Positions 16,361 through 26,428 of a DNA stretch of 51,714 nucleotides are shown here, piece by piece. The DNA comes from a virus. Numbering within the stretch: position 1 is the stretch's first letter; each line of letters begins with the position of its first letter. The notes under the pieces were generated by a model that ran no database searches, had not been told where the DNA came from, and saw only the letters and a program-made list of their open reading frames with translations. The position numbers were made by a program, and so were the translations under genes. The stretch spans positions 1-51,714 of IMG/VR virus record IMGVR_UViG_3300021389_000035; one strand, given 5' to 3'.

Positions 16361-18850
16361 ATGTCCAATTTTTATACATCGGTTGTCCGTTTTGGCAACA
16401 AACTTCTGTACCGTGGTTTCGAGAACGGCAAAGAAGTAAAACGCAGAATTCCTTTCAAACCTACTCTGTTTATGTCCGGTACCGCAGAACAATCTGATGG
16501 TTGGACTACACTTGACGGACTACCCGTACAACCAATAACCTTTGACTCTATGTCCGAGGCGAAGGACTTTGACAAACGTTACGAACATGTCTCCAACTTT
16601 ACTATTGCAGGCAATACTAATTATGTTGCCCAATTCCTTGGAGAAGTCTTTCCCGATAATATTGACTATGACCGTAGTCTCATCAAGACTGCGAACCTTG
16701 ATATCGAGGTTTTCTCTCAGGATGGTTTCCCCACTCCTGGCGCGGCCGCATATCCTGTTACCGCAATCACTATGCGTCAAGACTGTGGTACGTACTGGGT
16801 CTGGGGTTGTCAGGACTATACCGTATCTCGTGATGACGTACTCTACATCAAGTGTGACAACGAAATAGATCTACTCCAAAAGTTTGTACGTCAGTTCGAA
16901 CAATACGCCCCCAATATTATTACTGGTTGGAACACACGGTTCTTCGATATTCCGTATCTGGTTAACCGTATGACTAAACTTCTCGGTGACGATACCATGG
17001 CGAAACGTATGTCTCCTTGGGGTCTTATCCGTGAACGTAATACTACCATCAACGGCAAACCCAACCAAGAGTTTGTCCTTGAGGGTATCGAACAACTTGA
17101 CTACCTCGAAGTCTTCAAGAAGTTCACCTACAATACTCTGGGTCAACAAGAATCCTATCGACTAGACCATATCGCCCACGTAGTACTGGGTGAACGCAAA
17201 CTATCCTATGAGGAACACGGTTCTCTGTTTGCCCTGTATGAGAATGACTTCCAAAAGTTCATTGACTATAACATCAAAGACGTTGAGTTGGTACATCTCC
17301 TCGATGTCAAACTTGATTTGATTTCATTAATCCTGACCATGGCCTACAAGGCGGGTGTGAACTATAACGATACTCTGGGTACGACTGCTATCTGGGACAC
17401 TATCATCTTCCGACTTCTTAATAAGAACAAGGTTGCGGTTCCTAAGAAGGTCGAGAAACCCAAGACCGCATATCCTGGCGGTTACGTGAAAGACCCACAG
17501 GTTGGTTCGCACGACTGGGTAACCTCATTCGATTTGGCATCTCTGTATCCTAACATCATTGTACAATACAATATGTCTCCGGAGACGGTGATGGACGGAT
17601 TCGTTAACAATGTCTCGGTCGATAAGTTTCTGGACGGTTCGATTGACCTGACTGACCAGAATCTAGATTATGCTCTTGCACCTACTGGTGTTAGATTCGC
17701 CCAAGATAAAGAAGGTGTGGTTCCCAAAATCATTAAAATGTATTACTCGGAACGTAGAGTAATCAAGAAGAAGATGTTGGAATGTCAACAGGAGATGCAG
17801 ACTAACCCATCTAAAACTCTAGAGTATACCATAACTTCTCTGAATAATCAACAGATGGCAATTAAGATTCTTATGAATTCACTTTATGGTGCCCTTGGGA
17901 ATCGTTGGTTCAGATATTTCGACCAAAGAGTTGCAGAGTCCATTACTCTTGCTGGTCAACTTGCAATCAAATGGGCGGAGAGAGCAGTAAACAATGAAAT
18001 GCAAAAACTTCTTAAAACGGATGAAGACTACGTTGTGGCAATTGACACCGATTCTGTTTATCTTCGTATGGGGGATCTCGTTGATAAGTTTTCTCCTAGT
18101 AATCCGGTAAAGTTTCTCGACAAGATCTGTTCGGAACACTTCGAGAAACTCCTTGTGAAGTCTTATGCGGATATGGCACTAGCGACCAATGCCTATGAGA
18201 ATCGCATGGAGATGGAACGGGAGGTAATCGCTGACCGTGGTATCTGGATGGCCAAGAAACGTTACATCCTGAACGTCCACAATAACGAAGGTGTCCAGTA
18301 CGCAGAACCCAAACTCAAGATGATGGGTATCGAGGCGATCAAGTCCAGTACTCCGCAGGTTGTCCGTGACAAGTTCAAGGAGATATTTCGGGTCATCGTA
18401 GAAGGTACCGAAGTAGACACACAACGATACATTTCGGACTTTAAGTCCCATTTTAAGACCTTACCGCCCGAAGCGGTTTCGTTCCCTCGGGGTGTATCGG
18501 ATGTGACCAAATGGTCTGACCGTAAGACTGTGTACAAGAAAGGCACTCCTATCCATGTTCGTGGTGCGTTGATGTTCAACAAAGCACTCAAGGAAAGTTC
18601 TCTGACCAAACGGTACGAGACTATCAAGAATGGTGAGAAGATTAAGTTTTGTTACCTGAAGATGCCTAATCCAATCGGTGAGAATGTAATCTCTTATCCA
18701 CTGAACCTTCCCCGTGAACTTGGACTGGATAAATATATCAATTATGATATGATGTTCAACAAAACATTCCTTGACCCACTCACTCCCATTCTGGATGCGG
18801 TTGGTTGGGATTCTGAACCTCAGGCGTCACTAGAGGATTTCTTTGGTTGA
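16361..18850 (+). CDS. gp43: gp43 family B DNA polymerase
   Basis: 829 aa. Exo motif DIEV, motif [11 protein letters not shown], motif [13 protein letters not shown], motif [10 protein letters not shown]. Confidence 0.95.
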   Translation: MSNFYTSVVRFGNKLLYRGFENGKEVKRRIPFKPTLFMSGTAEQSDGWTTLDGLPVQPITFDSMSEAKDFDKRYEHVSNFTIAGNTNYVAQFLGEVFPDNIDYDRSLIKTANLDIEVFSQDGFPTPGAAAYPVTAITMRQDCGTYWVWGCQDYTVSRDDVLYIKCDNEIDLLQKFVRQFEQYAPNIITGWNTRFFDIPYLVNRMTKLLGDDTMAKRMSPWGLIRERNTTINGKPNQEFVLEGIEQLDYLEVFKKFTYNTLGQQESYRLDHIAHVVLGERKLSYEEHGSLFALYENDFQKFIDYNIKDVELVHLLDVKLDLISLILTMAYKAGVNYNDTLGTTAIWDTIIFRLLNKNKVAVPKKVEKPKTAYPGGYVKDPQVGSHDWVTSFDLASLYPNIIVQYNMSPETVMDGFVNNVSVDKFLDGSIDLTDQNLDYALAPTGVRFAQDKEGVVPKIIKMYYSERRVIKKKMLECQQEMQTNPSKTLEYTITSLNNQQMAIKILMNSLYGALGNRWFRYFDQRVAESITLAGQLAIKWAERAVNNEMQKLLKTDEDYVVAIDTDSVYLRMGDLVDKFSPSNPVKFLDKICSEHFEKLLVKSYADMALATNAYENRMEMEREVIADRGIWMAKKRYILNVHNNEGVQYAEPKLKMMGIEAIKSSTPQVVRDKFKEIFRVIVEGTEVDTQRYISDFKSHFKTLPPEAVSFPRGVSDVTKWSDRKTVYKKGTPIHVRGALMFNKALKESSLTKRYETIKNGEKIKFCYLKMPNPIGENVISYPLNLPRELGLDKYINYDMMFNKTFLDPLTPILDAVGWDSEPQASLEDFFG

Positions 18851-18875
18851 CAGGTGGTCGATTATTTGATATAAT
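18847..18875 (+). promoter_or_regulatory. sigma70-type promoter, perfect consensus; -10 ends 6 nt before ATG 18882
   Basis: TTGACA 18847-18852, N17, TATAAT 18870-18875. Overlaps the gp43 stop. Confidence 0.65.
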
Positions 18876-18881
18876 GTATCT

Positions 18882-19826
18882 ATGAATTATGAATTAACTA
18901 TATTTAAATCTCAGTTCGATAACAAGACTCACCGAACAATGTCTCTGAAGAGTTGGGACAAGTTCGTTGAGTTGTTGTATGGATTGAGTCAAACTAAAGG
19001 TGAAAAGGGTGGTAGAAATTCTAGTCCTCTTATTACTCCTGCTGTGTTTGAAACCGATAGCACACGTAGTAATAAATCTACTTTATATTGGGGTGGTTGG
19101 TGCGCTGTTGATGTGGACGACCATAATTTTACTAATGATATATTGTCTCTAAAGGAACAGTTAATTGATAGGTTTCGCGATCTGGACTTCATCTGTTATA
19201 GTACTGCTAGTTCTAGGGCTCAGTATCTTAAATTCAGGATTGTCTTCCGACTATCGGAAACTATTGAACGAGATACGATCAAATCCTTCTGGTACGCCCT
19301 TAATACTGAAATTGGAGAAATTGGTGACCCGCAAACAAAAGATCTTGCACGGATGTACTATGTTCCTGCAATATATCCTAGTTCTACTAATTTCTTCTTC
19401 TCTCATCTGGGCGGCAATCCAATTAATGTGGGTGAACTGATTGCCAGACATCCTTATGTACAGAAGACCGGTAACTCTTTCCTAGATAGACTGCCACCAG
19501 AGATGCAGAAGGCAGTAGTAGAACATCGTAAGAATAGTCTAAATAATACTAACTTCAATTGGACTTCGTATCGCGATTGTCCGTTCTGGCCTAAAAGGTT
19601 GGGTATAGAATACCAGACCATTTCTGAAACTGGTTGGTATGCTAAAATGTACGCGATAATGATTGCGATTGCCGGAAGTGCGGTAAGTAGAGGTTACCCC
19701 ATATCATCAAACCAAATCTCTCGGTTATGTGAAGAGTTTGATAAGGAAACAGGAAACTGGTACGAGAACCGTCCTCTCAGTGTAGAGGCAGATCGTGCAT
19801 TAGAATACGTTTATAGGAACGGATAA
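18882..19826 (+). CDS. hypothetical protein, archaeo-eukaryotic primase (AEP / BT4734-VirE_N)-like motifs
   Basis: 314 aa. WCAVDVDD (DxD), YSTASSRAQYLKFRIVF, and GDPQTKDLARMYYVP resemble AEP motifs I-III. The helical C-terminal half is PriCT-like. Motif-level call only. Confidence 0.4.
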   Translation: MNYELTIFKSQFDNKTHRTMSLKSWDKFVELLYGLSQTKGEKGGRNSSPLITPAVFETDSTRSNKSTLYWGGWCAVDVDDHNFTNDILSLKEQLIDRFRDLDFICYSTASSRAQYLKFRIVFRLSETIERDTIKSFWYALNTEIGEIGDPQTKDLARMYYVPAIYPSSTNFFFSHLGGNPINVGELIARHPYVQKTGNSFLDRLPPEMQKAVVEHRKNSLNNTNFNWTSYRDCPFWPKRLGIEYQTISETGWYAKMYAIMIAIAGSAVSRGYPISSNQISRLCEEFDKETGNWYENRPLSVEADRALEYVYRNG

Positions 19827-20764
19827 TGAGAAAATATTTAGTAACAGGTGCGGCAGGATTCATCGGATCGCAATTATGTAACAGATTAAAACGAGAAGGT
19901 CATTGGGTTATTGGTATGGATAATTACAATGACCATTTGTATAGTCCCACACTGAAACATCATCGTGTCGAACATTTTGGTATCGATGTCTTGAATGTGG
20001 ATCTTCGTAATGAAGAAGAGATGGACAATCTCATCGACGGTATTAATCCCACGGATATTATTCACCTTGCAGCACATGCCGGTGTGCGTGATTCGTTTGG
20101 TAAAGAAAAACAATATCATGCAAACAATATCGATGGTACTCAGAATCTTATTGATGCCTGTAAGAGACATGCACCGGACGCACGTATTGTATATGCGTCA
20201 ACCTCTTGTGTCTTTGCGGGTTCCGAACTACCTTGGACAGAAGGTAGGGAGACTGGTAAACAGTTGAATCCTTATGGATGGACTAAATGGGCCAATGAAT
20301 GTCAGATGCAGGGGTCTGGTCTACACACTATTGGTCTGAGATTCTTTACTGTATATGGCCCTTGGGGTCGTCCGGATATGGCACTGTTTGACTTCACCAA
20401 AAATATACTTGCCGAGAAACCAATAACAGTGTATAATTATGGTGATATGAAACGTGATTTTACATACGTAGAAGATATCCTAGATGGTATAGAATGTGTG
20501 TTGAATAATGATGTGGACGCAGGTGAGATATTTAATATTGGTCGTGGTGCACCAGTTCAACTTATGGACTTCATTTCAGAGATCGAAAAGAATACGGGCA
20601 AGTCCGCAATCAAGTTGATGGCACCACAACATCCCGCAGACACATTAGAGACTTTTTCTAACACAAGTAAGTTAGAAACACTTGGTTATCATCCTACTAC
20701 TAATATAGAAGATGGTATCCGTAATTTTTATAAATGGTATATGGAGTACAATAGTGGCAGATGA
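19826..20764 (+). CDS. NAD-dependent sugar epimerase, UDP-glucuronate 4-epimerase-like (SDR)
   Basis: 312 aa. GAAGFIGS Rossmann motif, YGWTKWANE (YxxxK), and RFFTVYGPWGRPDMA, which is characteristic of CapI/GAE-type epimerases. Confidence 0.8.
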   Translation: MRKYLVTGAAGFIGSQLCNRLKREGHWVIGMDNYNDHLYSPTLKHHRVEHFGIDVLNVDLRNEEEMDNLIDGINPTDIIHLAAHAGVRDSFGKEKQYHANNIDGTQNLIDACKRHAPDARIVYASTSCVFAGSELPWTEGRETGKQLNPYGWTKWANECQMQGSGLHTIGLRFFTVYGPWGRPDMALFDFTKNILAEKPITVYNYGDMKRDFTYVEDILDGIECVLNNDVDAGEIFNIGRGAPVQLMDFISEIEKNTGKSAIKLMAPQHPADTLETFSNTSKLETLGYHPTTNIEDGIRNFYKWYMEYNSGR

Positions 20765-20840
20765 TTTTGATGAATATGTTCCCGAGAAACCCGAAGGTGA
20801 ATCTCAACCCGAAGGTGTGAGTAAGAAGAATCCTTTACGT

Positions 20841-21695
20841 ATGGGTATCGTGGGACATGGGTTTGTAGGTAAGGCTGTAGAATATGCGTTCTATCATCCT
20901 ATGGTAGAACACTTTATTGTTGATCCGAATAACCAAACTACTATCGATGATCTTGTGAAGTATAAACCACAGATTGCGTTTATCGCTGCACCTACTCCAC
21001 AGAACTCAGAGACGGGTTTTGTGGACGCGTCTATTGTAGAAGATGCGGTACTCAAGTTGATGTACCATACTAACGCACTTGTTGTTGTCAAATCAACAAT
21101 CACTCCCGACATTGTGGATAGAATATACAATTCAATCGAACCTCAAGACTTTGATCGATTCGTGTACAATCCCGAATTCCTGACAGAAAAGTCTGCATGT
21201 GAAGATTTCGTCAATGCGGAACATCATGTGTTTGGTGGTACGGATCCTGCGTGTAATGAACTACAACAGATCTATGATATCTTTAGTGGGTGTAAGTCCG
21301 ACAAATACTATCGTATGTCTGGGTGCGAGGCATCCTTTGTTAAGTATGCGACCAATTCCTATCTTGCAACTAAATTGACATTCTTCAACCAGTTGAAAGA
21401 GTTGGTGGATTCATTCGATTGTAGTTATAATATGATTACTCGTGCAATGGGTGCGGATGATCGTATCGGCATCAAACATACCCGTGTGCCTGGCCCTGAT
21501 AAGAAACGTGGGTTTGGTGGTGCATGTCTACCCAAAGACACTATGGCACTTCTGAAGTTTTCCGAATCTCGGGGAGAAAAGTTCGATCTGTTGGAAAATG
21601 TCTTGACAATCAACAACAAATATCGTATAATATACGAGTTAGATGAACGTGAAAAAGTAAATAATATATCATTTGGAGATGAGAAAGACGTATGA
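20841..21695 (+). CDS. UDP-glucose 6-dehydrogenase-like (short form)
   Basis: MGIVGHGFVGKAV Rossmann motif, NPEFLTEKSA, and catalytic GFGGACLPKD. The start is uncertain: the track ORF opens at 20712 and GTG 20754 is also possible. Confidence 0.75.
   Translation: MGIVGHGFVGKAVEYAFYHPMVEHFIVDPNNQTTIDDLVKYKPQIAFIAAPTPQNSETGFVDASIVEDAVLKLMYHTNALVVVKSTITPDIVDRIYNSIEPQDFDRFVYNPEFLTEKSACEDFVNAEHHVFGGTDPACNELQQIYDIFSGCKSDKYYRMSGCEASFVKYATNSYLATKLTFFNQLKELVDSFDCSYNMITRAMGADDRIGIKHTRVPGPDKKRGFGGACLPKDTMALLKFSESRGEKFDLLENVLTINNKYRIIYELDEREKVNNISFGDEKDV
21603..21631 (+). promoter_or_regulatory. sigma70-type promoter, perfect consensus, inside the dehydrogenase gene upstream of uvsX
   Basis: TTGACA 21603-21608, N17, TATAAT 21626-21631. 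Confidence 0.6.
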
Positions 21696-22759
21696 GTATA
21701 ATGAATAAATTGAAGAAGAACTCCAAGGTCAAGAGTGCCGAGGTTATGTCAAAGAGTAAGTTCTTCACAGAAAAGGATATGGTTTCTACAGATGTACCTA
21801 TGGTCAATGTCGCATTGTCCGGTTCTATTGACGGTGGTGTTACGCCTGGACTGACCGTCCTCGCAGGGCCATCTAAACACTTTAAAACATCATTTGCACT
21901 ACTTATGGCTGGTGCATACTTACGGGAGAGAAAAGATGCAGTTATTTTATTCTACGATAGTGAGTTCGGTTCACCCCAATCTTATTTCGAACAGTTTGGA
22001 ATTGACACTAGTCGTGTTCTTCACACTCCTATCACGAATGTAGAGGAACTAAAGTTTGACCTTATCTCTCAACTAGAAGAGATTGACCGTGATGATGACG
22101 TTATCATTGTAATCGATTCTATTGGTAACCTTGCGTCTAAGAAAGAACTCGATGATGCATTGGCAGAGAAGGGTGTTGCGGACATGTCACGTGCGAAGGC
22201 ATTGAAGGGTCTGTTCCGTATGTCAACACCATACCTTGCAATGAAAAACATTCCTATGTTGGCTATCAACCACACCTATAAAGAGATCGGTCTCTTTCCG
22301 AAGGATGTTGTTGGTGGTGGTACTGGTATCTATTATAGTGCTGATACTATCTGGATTATTGGTCGTAGACAGACTAAGACGGGTACCGAAGTTACTGGTT
22401 ATGATTTCGTAGTCAACATCGAGAAGTCTCGTTACCTCAAAGAGAAGTCTAAGATTCCTATCTCAGTATCTTGGGATGGTGGTGTCGAGAAGAACTCTGG
22501 ACTACTTGATGTTGCTCTTGCCGGTGGATATGTTTTCAAACCAAGTAATGGTTGGTACCAACGTGTAGACAAAAGTACCGGAGAACTAGTTGACCCGAAG
22601 GTTCGACAGAAAGATACTCTGACCGATGAGTTCTGGGCACCTATTTGGGAATTTACAGACTTTGCAGAATTTATTAAGAAACAATATCAAATTGGATTGC
22701 CAACGCAAGTAGATCCTGATATAATAGTACAAATAGATGGTGAAGATATAAATGATTAA
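21692..22759 (+). CDS. uvsX: UvsX RecA-like recombinase
   Basis: 355 aa. LAGPSKHFKTSF (Walker A), FYDSEFG, IDSIGNLASKKE, INHTY. Strongly colinear with recalled T4 UvsX. Confidence 0.95.
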   Translation: MSIMNKLKKNSKVKSAEVMSKSKFFTEKDMVSTDVPMVNVALSGSIDGGVTPGLTVLAGPSKHFKTSFALLMAGAYLRERKDAVILFYDSEFGSPQSYFEQFGIDTSRVLHTPITNVEELKFDLISQLEEIDRDDDVIIVIDSIGNLASKKELDDALAEKGVADMSRAKALKGLFRMSTPYLAMKNIPMLAINHTYKEIGLFPKDVVGGGTGIYYSADTIWIIGRRQTKTGTEVTGYDFVVNIEKSRYLKEKSKIPISVSWDGGVEKNSGLLDVALAGGYVFKPSNGWYQRVDKSTGELVDPKVRQKDTLTDEFWAPIWEFTDFAEFIKKQYQIGLPTQVDPDIIVQIDGEDIND

Positions 22760-23123
22760 TCTCGACAAGGTGAGTGAGGGGGTTGACTATGAGTTGATCC
22801 CTGTCGAATATGTAGATAATGAGGCCGCGTGGGATGTTCGCATCCTGCGTGGTGAGTTTACCGAAACCGTGTTACGTTTTGGCACGATCAAGTATGATGG
22901 AGAACGCGATTGTCTTACCTTTGACTTTCGTGTAGTAGAATCTCCGGATGATGAGTTGGATTCTTCTAGTGAAGACCTCCAAGAATTCTCTGGTTCTATT
23001 CTAGAAGATATACTTGAACGTGGTATAAATGAAGGTTGGGTGTACGGTACTGAGAAAAAGAATGGAGAAAACGTTGGAGATCAATCTAGAACAAACGATT
23101 CTACGGAATCTATTGACGAATGA
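22752..23123 (+). CDS. hypothetical acidic protein
   Basis: 123-aa ORF between uvsX and gp41. No motif recognised. Confidence 0.5.
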   Translation: MINLDKVSEGVDYELIPVEYVDNEAAWDVRILRGEFTETVLRFGTIKYDGERDCLTFDFRVVESPDDELDSSSEDLQEFSGSILEDILERGINEGWVYGTEKKNGENVGDQSRTNDSTESIDE

Positions 23124-24468
23124 TGCATATGCTAGAAAAGTTGCAGCGTTCTTAACACCCGATTATTTTGAAGGGGTCTATAAAGGTCTCTTCAATGAAT
23201 TCACTAAGTTTATTGCAAAGTATAATAAACTCCCCACAATGGAAGCATTTAAGATTGAGGTCGATGAAGGTGATCGTCTCAACGATGAACAATATCGTCA
23301 TGCAATCGAGATACTTCCAAACATCTTTACTGCTGAGACAGAGAACCTTGACTGGTTGATTGATCGTACCGAGAAGTGGTGTCAAGACCGTGCGGTCTAC
23401 AATTCTATCATGGAGTCTATCTCTATCATTGATGGCAAACACCAGACATTATCTAAGAATGCGATTCCTGATATTCTATCTAAGGCACTGGGTGTTACAT
23501 TTGATACTAACATCGGTCACGACTATCTGGAGAATGTTGATGGTCGATACGATTTCTACCATGAACAGGAAGAACGTACTCCGTTTGACTTAGATCTATT
23601 CAATCAGATCACCAAGGGTGGTATACCCAATAAGACCCTGAACATTGCCCTTGCGGGTACAGGTGTCGGTAAGTCTCTGTTTATGTGTCACTGTGCGGGT
23701 GCAGCTCTGTCTATGGGTAAGAACGTATTGTACATCACCATGGAGATGGCAGAAGAACGTATCGCAGAACGTATCGATGCGAATCTATTGAACGTACCGA
23801 TTGATCAGTTAGAGAATCTATCTAAAGATATGTTCACACAGAAAGTGAGTCAGATCTCTGCAAAGACCAACGGTAGGTTGATCATCAAAGAATATCCTAC
23901 CGGTCAAGCAAATGCGTCTCACTTCCGTGCACTACTGAACGAACTGAAGTTGAAGAAGAACTTCGTACCGGATATGATCTATATCGATTATCTAAATATC
24001 TGTTCATCTTCACGGATGAAAGCGATGGGTGGTTCTATCAACTCATATACCTATATCAAGTCTATTGCAGAAGAACTGCGTGGTCTTGCGGTAGAGTTTG
24101 ATGTTCCGGTTATGTCTGCGACTCAGACTACTCGTGGTGGTTATGGTAATGATGACGTGGGTCTGGAGGATACTTCAGAATCATTTGGTCTACCTGCTAC
24201 TGCCGATCTTATGTTTGCATTGATCAGTAATGATGAACTTTCAAACAATGGTCAGATACTAGTTAAACAATTGAAGAATCGTTATAACGATGTTGGTTCT
24301 AATCAACGATTTGTGGTGGGTATTGATCGTTCTAAGATGCGTCTGTTTGATGTAGACCAAAACGATTCACCTCTTAATAAAGAAGAAGACCATGGCCCTG
24401 CATTTGATAATTCAAACTCAGGACAAAGACTGAAGTCGGAAAATAGATTTGGAGATTTTAAACTATGA
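23062..24468 (+). CDS. gp41: gp41 DnaB-like replicative helicase
   Basis: Walker A AGTGVGKS, YITMEMAEERIAERIDAN, LLNELKLKKNFVP. Colinear with recalled T4 gp41. ATG 23062 aligns with the T4 N-terminus; the track start is 23029. Confidence 0.9.
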   Translation: MEKTLEINLEQTILRNLLTNDAYARKVAAFLTPDYFEGVYKGLFNEFTKFIAKYNKLPTMEAFKIEVDEGDRLNDEQYRHAIEILPNIFTAETENLDWLIDRTEKWCQDRAVYNSIMESISIIDGKHQTLSKNAIPDILSKALGVTFDTNIGHDYLENVDGRYDFYHEQEERTPFDLDLFNQITKGGIPNKTLNIALAGTGVGKSLFMCHCAGAALSMGKNVLYITMEMAEERIAERIDANLLNVPIDQLENLSKDMFTQKVSQISAKTNGRLIIKEYPTGQANASHFRALLNELKLKKNFVPDMIYIDYLNICSSSRMKAMGGSINSYTYIKSIAEELRGLAVEFDVPVMSATQTTRGGYGNDDVGLEDTSESFGLPATADLMFALISNDELSNNGQILVKQLKNRYNDVGSNQRFVVGIDRSKMRLFDVDQNDSPLNKEEDHGPAFDNSNSGQRLKSENRFGDFKL

Positions 24469-24629
24469 GTCCAGAATATCAAACATTAATAACTCTTGCC
24501 TTGATGATTGGTGCCTACTATTTGGGTAATCATCTTGGTAAGTTAAGGGGAGTTGAACTTGCCATTATTTGGTATGAACAACAAGGTATAATATTAACAC
24601 TAGATGAGGAAGAAGAAGAAGATGAGTGA
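24465..24629 (+). CDS. possible small membrane protein (54 aa)
   Basis: ATGA overlap with the gp41 stop. One TM helix (LITLALMIGAYYLG) and an acidic tail. The stop overlaps the thyX start (ATGAGTGA). Below the ORF-track cutoff. Confidence 0.35.
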   Translation: MSPEYQTLITLALMIGAYYLGNHLGKLRGVELAIIWYEQQGIILTLDEEEEEDE

Positions 24630-25323
24630 AGTGAATTTGGTTGCAATTAGTAAACCGAATGTTGGAGTGACTGACAGTTGGGATGCAAATGAGTTGATTG
24701 CATATACCGCACGGGTGAGTAATCCTGCTAACCAGAGTAACCGTGACACCGCACCAAAGTTGTTGAGGTATCTAATCAAACATCAACATTGGTCGCCATT
24801 TGAGATGGTGCATATGACTCTTGAAATCAAAACGACACGTGATATCTCTCGACAGATTATTCGTCACCGTTCGTTTTCATATCAAGAATTCTCCCAACGT
24901 TATGCAGAGAGTGAGAACTTCTCTACTCGTATGGCGAGAATGCAAGATCCTAAGAACCGTCAAGCATCTGTTGATATTGCAGAGGAATATGGTGTTGGTA
25001 GTGAGGGTGTTAAATCGAGTCAGAATGGTTTGGTTGAAAATTGGAATATGAAACAAAGGAAGGTTATTTCAGCTGCGAAGGAAGCATATAACTGGGCACT
25101 AGATAATGGTATCGCAAAGGAACAGGCACGTGTGGTGTTACCCGAAGGTAATACGTGTACTACACTGTACATGGCAGGATCTTTGCGTTCTTGGATTCAC
25201 TTCTGTCAGTTGCGTATGGGTATCGAAACTCAGAAGGAACATCGTATTGTTGCGGAACAGTGTTGGGAACATATCAAAACACATTTCCCTGATATAGCAG
25301 AGGCGGTAATGGAAAATGAGTAA
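24622..25323 (+). CDS. thyX: flavin-dependent thymidylate synthase ThyX
   Basis: ThyX signature RHRSFSYQEFSQRY. ATG 24622 is preferred over track ATG 24604. Confidence 0.9.
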   Translation: MSEVNLVAISKPNVGVTDSWDANELIAYTARVSNPANQSNRDTAPKLLRYLIKHQHWSPFEMVHMTLEIKTTRDISRQIIRHRSFSYQEFSQRYAESENFSTRMARMQDPKNRQASVDIAEEYGVGSEGVKSSQNGLVENWNMKQRKVISAAKEAYNWALDNGIAKEQARVVLPEGNTCTTLYMAGSLRSWIHFCQLRMGIETQKEHRIVAEQCWEHIKTHFPDIAEAVMENE

Positions 25324-25504
25324 ATATAGTTGTCCGGTAGTACTGGACGAAGAAGGACATCAATGCATTGAGTTTAGTGATGAATTAATGGAAGAACTTG
25401 ACTTGAAGGTAGGGGATGTGATACAATGGGATCTAACAGAAGAAAATGGTTCTTGGATTTTAAATAAAGTAAAAAAGGTAGGAGAAGAAAATGAAGAAGG
25501 GTGA
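25316..25504 (+). CDS. hypothetical protein, AbrB/MazE (SpoVT-AbrB)-like pattern
   Basis: 62 aa. IEFSDELMEELDLKVGDVIQWDLTEENGSWILNKV resembles the swapped-hairpin consensus. Confidence 0.35.
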   Translation: MSKYSCPVVLDEEGHQCIEFSDELMEELDLKVGDVIQWDLTEENGSWILNKVKKVGEENEEG

Positions 25505-25760
25505 TATCGTTACAGTGATGACGGGTGTAGGTGAGTACATTGCACGATTGGATCGAATTGATGCAGGTGCAGTACATGTAACTGACCCACGTCTTATTGT
25601 ACGTGGTGAAGATGGTCAGATTGGTTTTGGTCGTGGTGTGTGTATGTCTGCTGTTGAAAATCCAAAGACTTTGACGTTTAGTGATGTTATTTTCACTGTA
25701 CCGACAAACGAGTCTTTTGAGAAAGCATGGATCGAAGCGACTAGTGGCATTATAATTTAA
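25491..25760 (+). CDS. hypothetical protein
   Basis: 89-aa ORF with tight packing. No motif recognised. Confidence 0.5.
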   Translation: MKKGDIVTVMTGVGEYIARLDRIDAGAVHVTDPRLIVRGEDGQIGFGRGVCMSAVENPKTLTFSDVIFTVPTNESFEKAWIEATSGIII

Positions 25761-26428
25761 TGTCTGAAGTAACTATTCGGAACAAAGAACTCCTAGAGAC
25801 CCTTGACAGTTTTGTCGAGGATTTCTTTAGTCGTGACTATTCTAGTACTGACTACCAAGTGTATAGTGCAGAAGAAGATAAGACTAATGGGGAGTACTTT
25901 TGTTCCGAAGAGTACTTGACAGAGTGCCTGTCACGTGATACACTAGTAGGTGTACCAGACAGACATTTTGCACAACCTATCTCTAAGATGGTTCGTGCTC
26001 AACCCAAAGTCTGGTCTGATTATATGAAACGTGTCAAGTATGATTTTGCAGCCGATATCGGTGCACATACTTCTGCACTATTATCATATTATCCGCCTGG
26101 CGGGTTTGTTGGATGGCACACTAACTATGACGCATCTGCGTATCAAGTATTATTCACTTGGTCTAAGAGTGGCAATGGATACTTCAAGTATCGTGATAAT
26201 GATACGGGTGAGATAGTTACCTTACAGGACGTGCCGGGATGGCAATGTAGACACTACTACTTTGCTCCCGAAGATGAACCTAAAGATCTCTGTTGGCATT
26301 CTGCGTATGCAGGAGAAGACAGAATTACACTCGCATATAAGTTTTGCGGGTATGGAAAAAATGATCCTCGTGACCAACAGGCACGAGACTTACGTGATTT
26401 ATTAATTGAGGATATTGAAACAGAATGA
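25760..26428 (+). CDS. hypothetical protein, possible double-stranded beta-helix fold
   Basis: 222 aa. YYPPGGFVGWHTNYD...WHSAYAGEDRITLAYKF is loosely reminiscent of a cupin/2OG oxygenase. Confidence 0.35.
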   Translation: MSEVTIRNKELLETLDSFVEDFFSRDYSSTDYQVYSAEEDKTNGEYFCSEEYLTECLSRDTLVGVPDRHFAQPISKMVRAQPKVWSDYMKRVKYDFAADIGAHTSALLSYYPPGGFVGWHTNYDASAYQVLFTWSKSGNGYFKYRDNDTGEIVTLQDVPGWQCRHYYFAPEDEPKDLCWHSAYAGEDRITLAYKFCGYGKNDPRDQQARDLRDLLIEDIETE

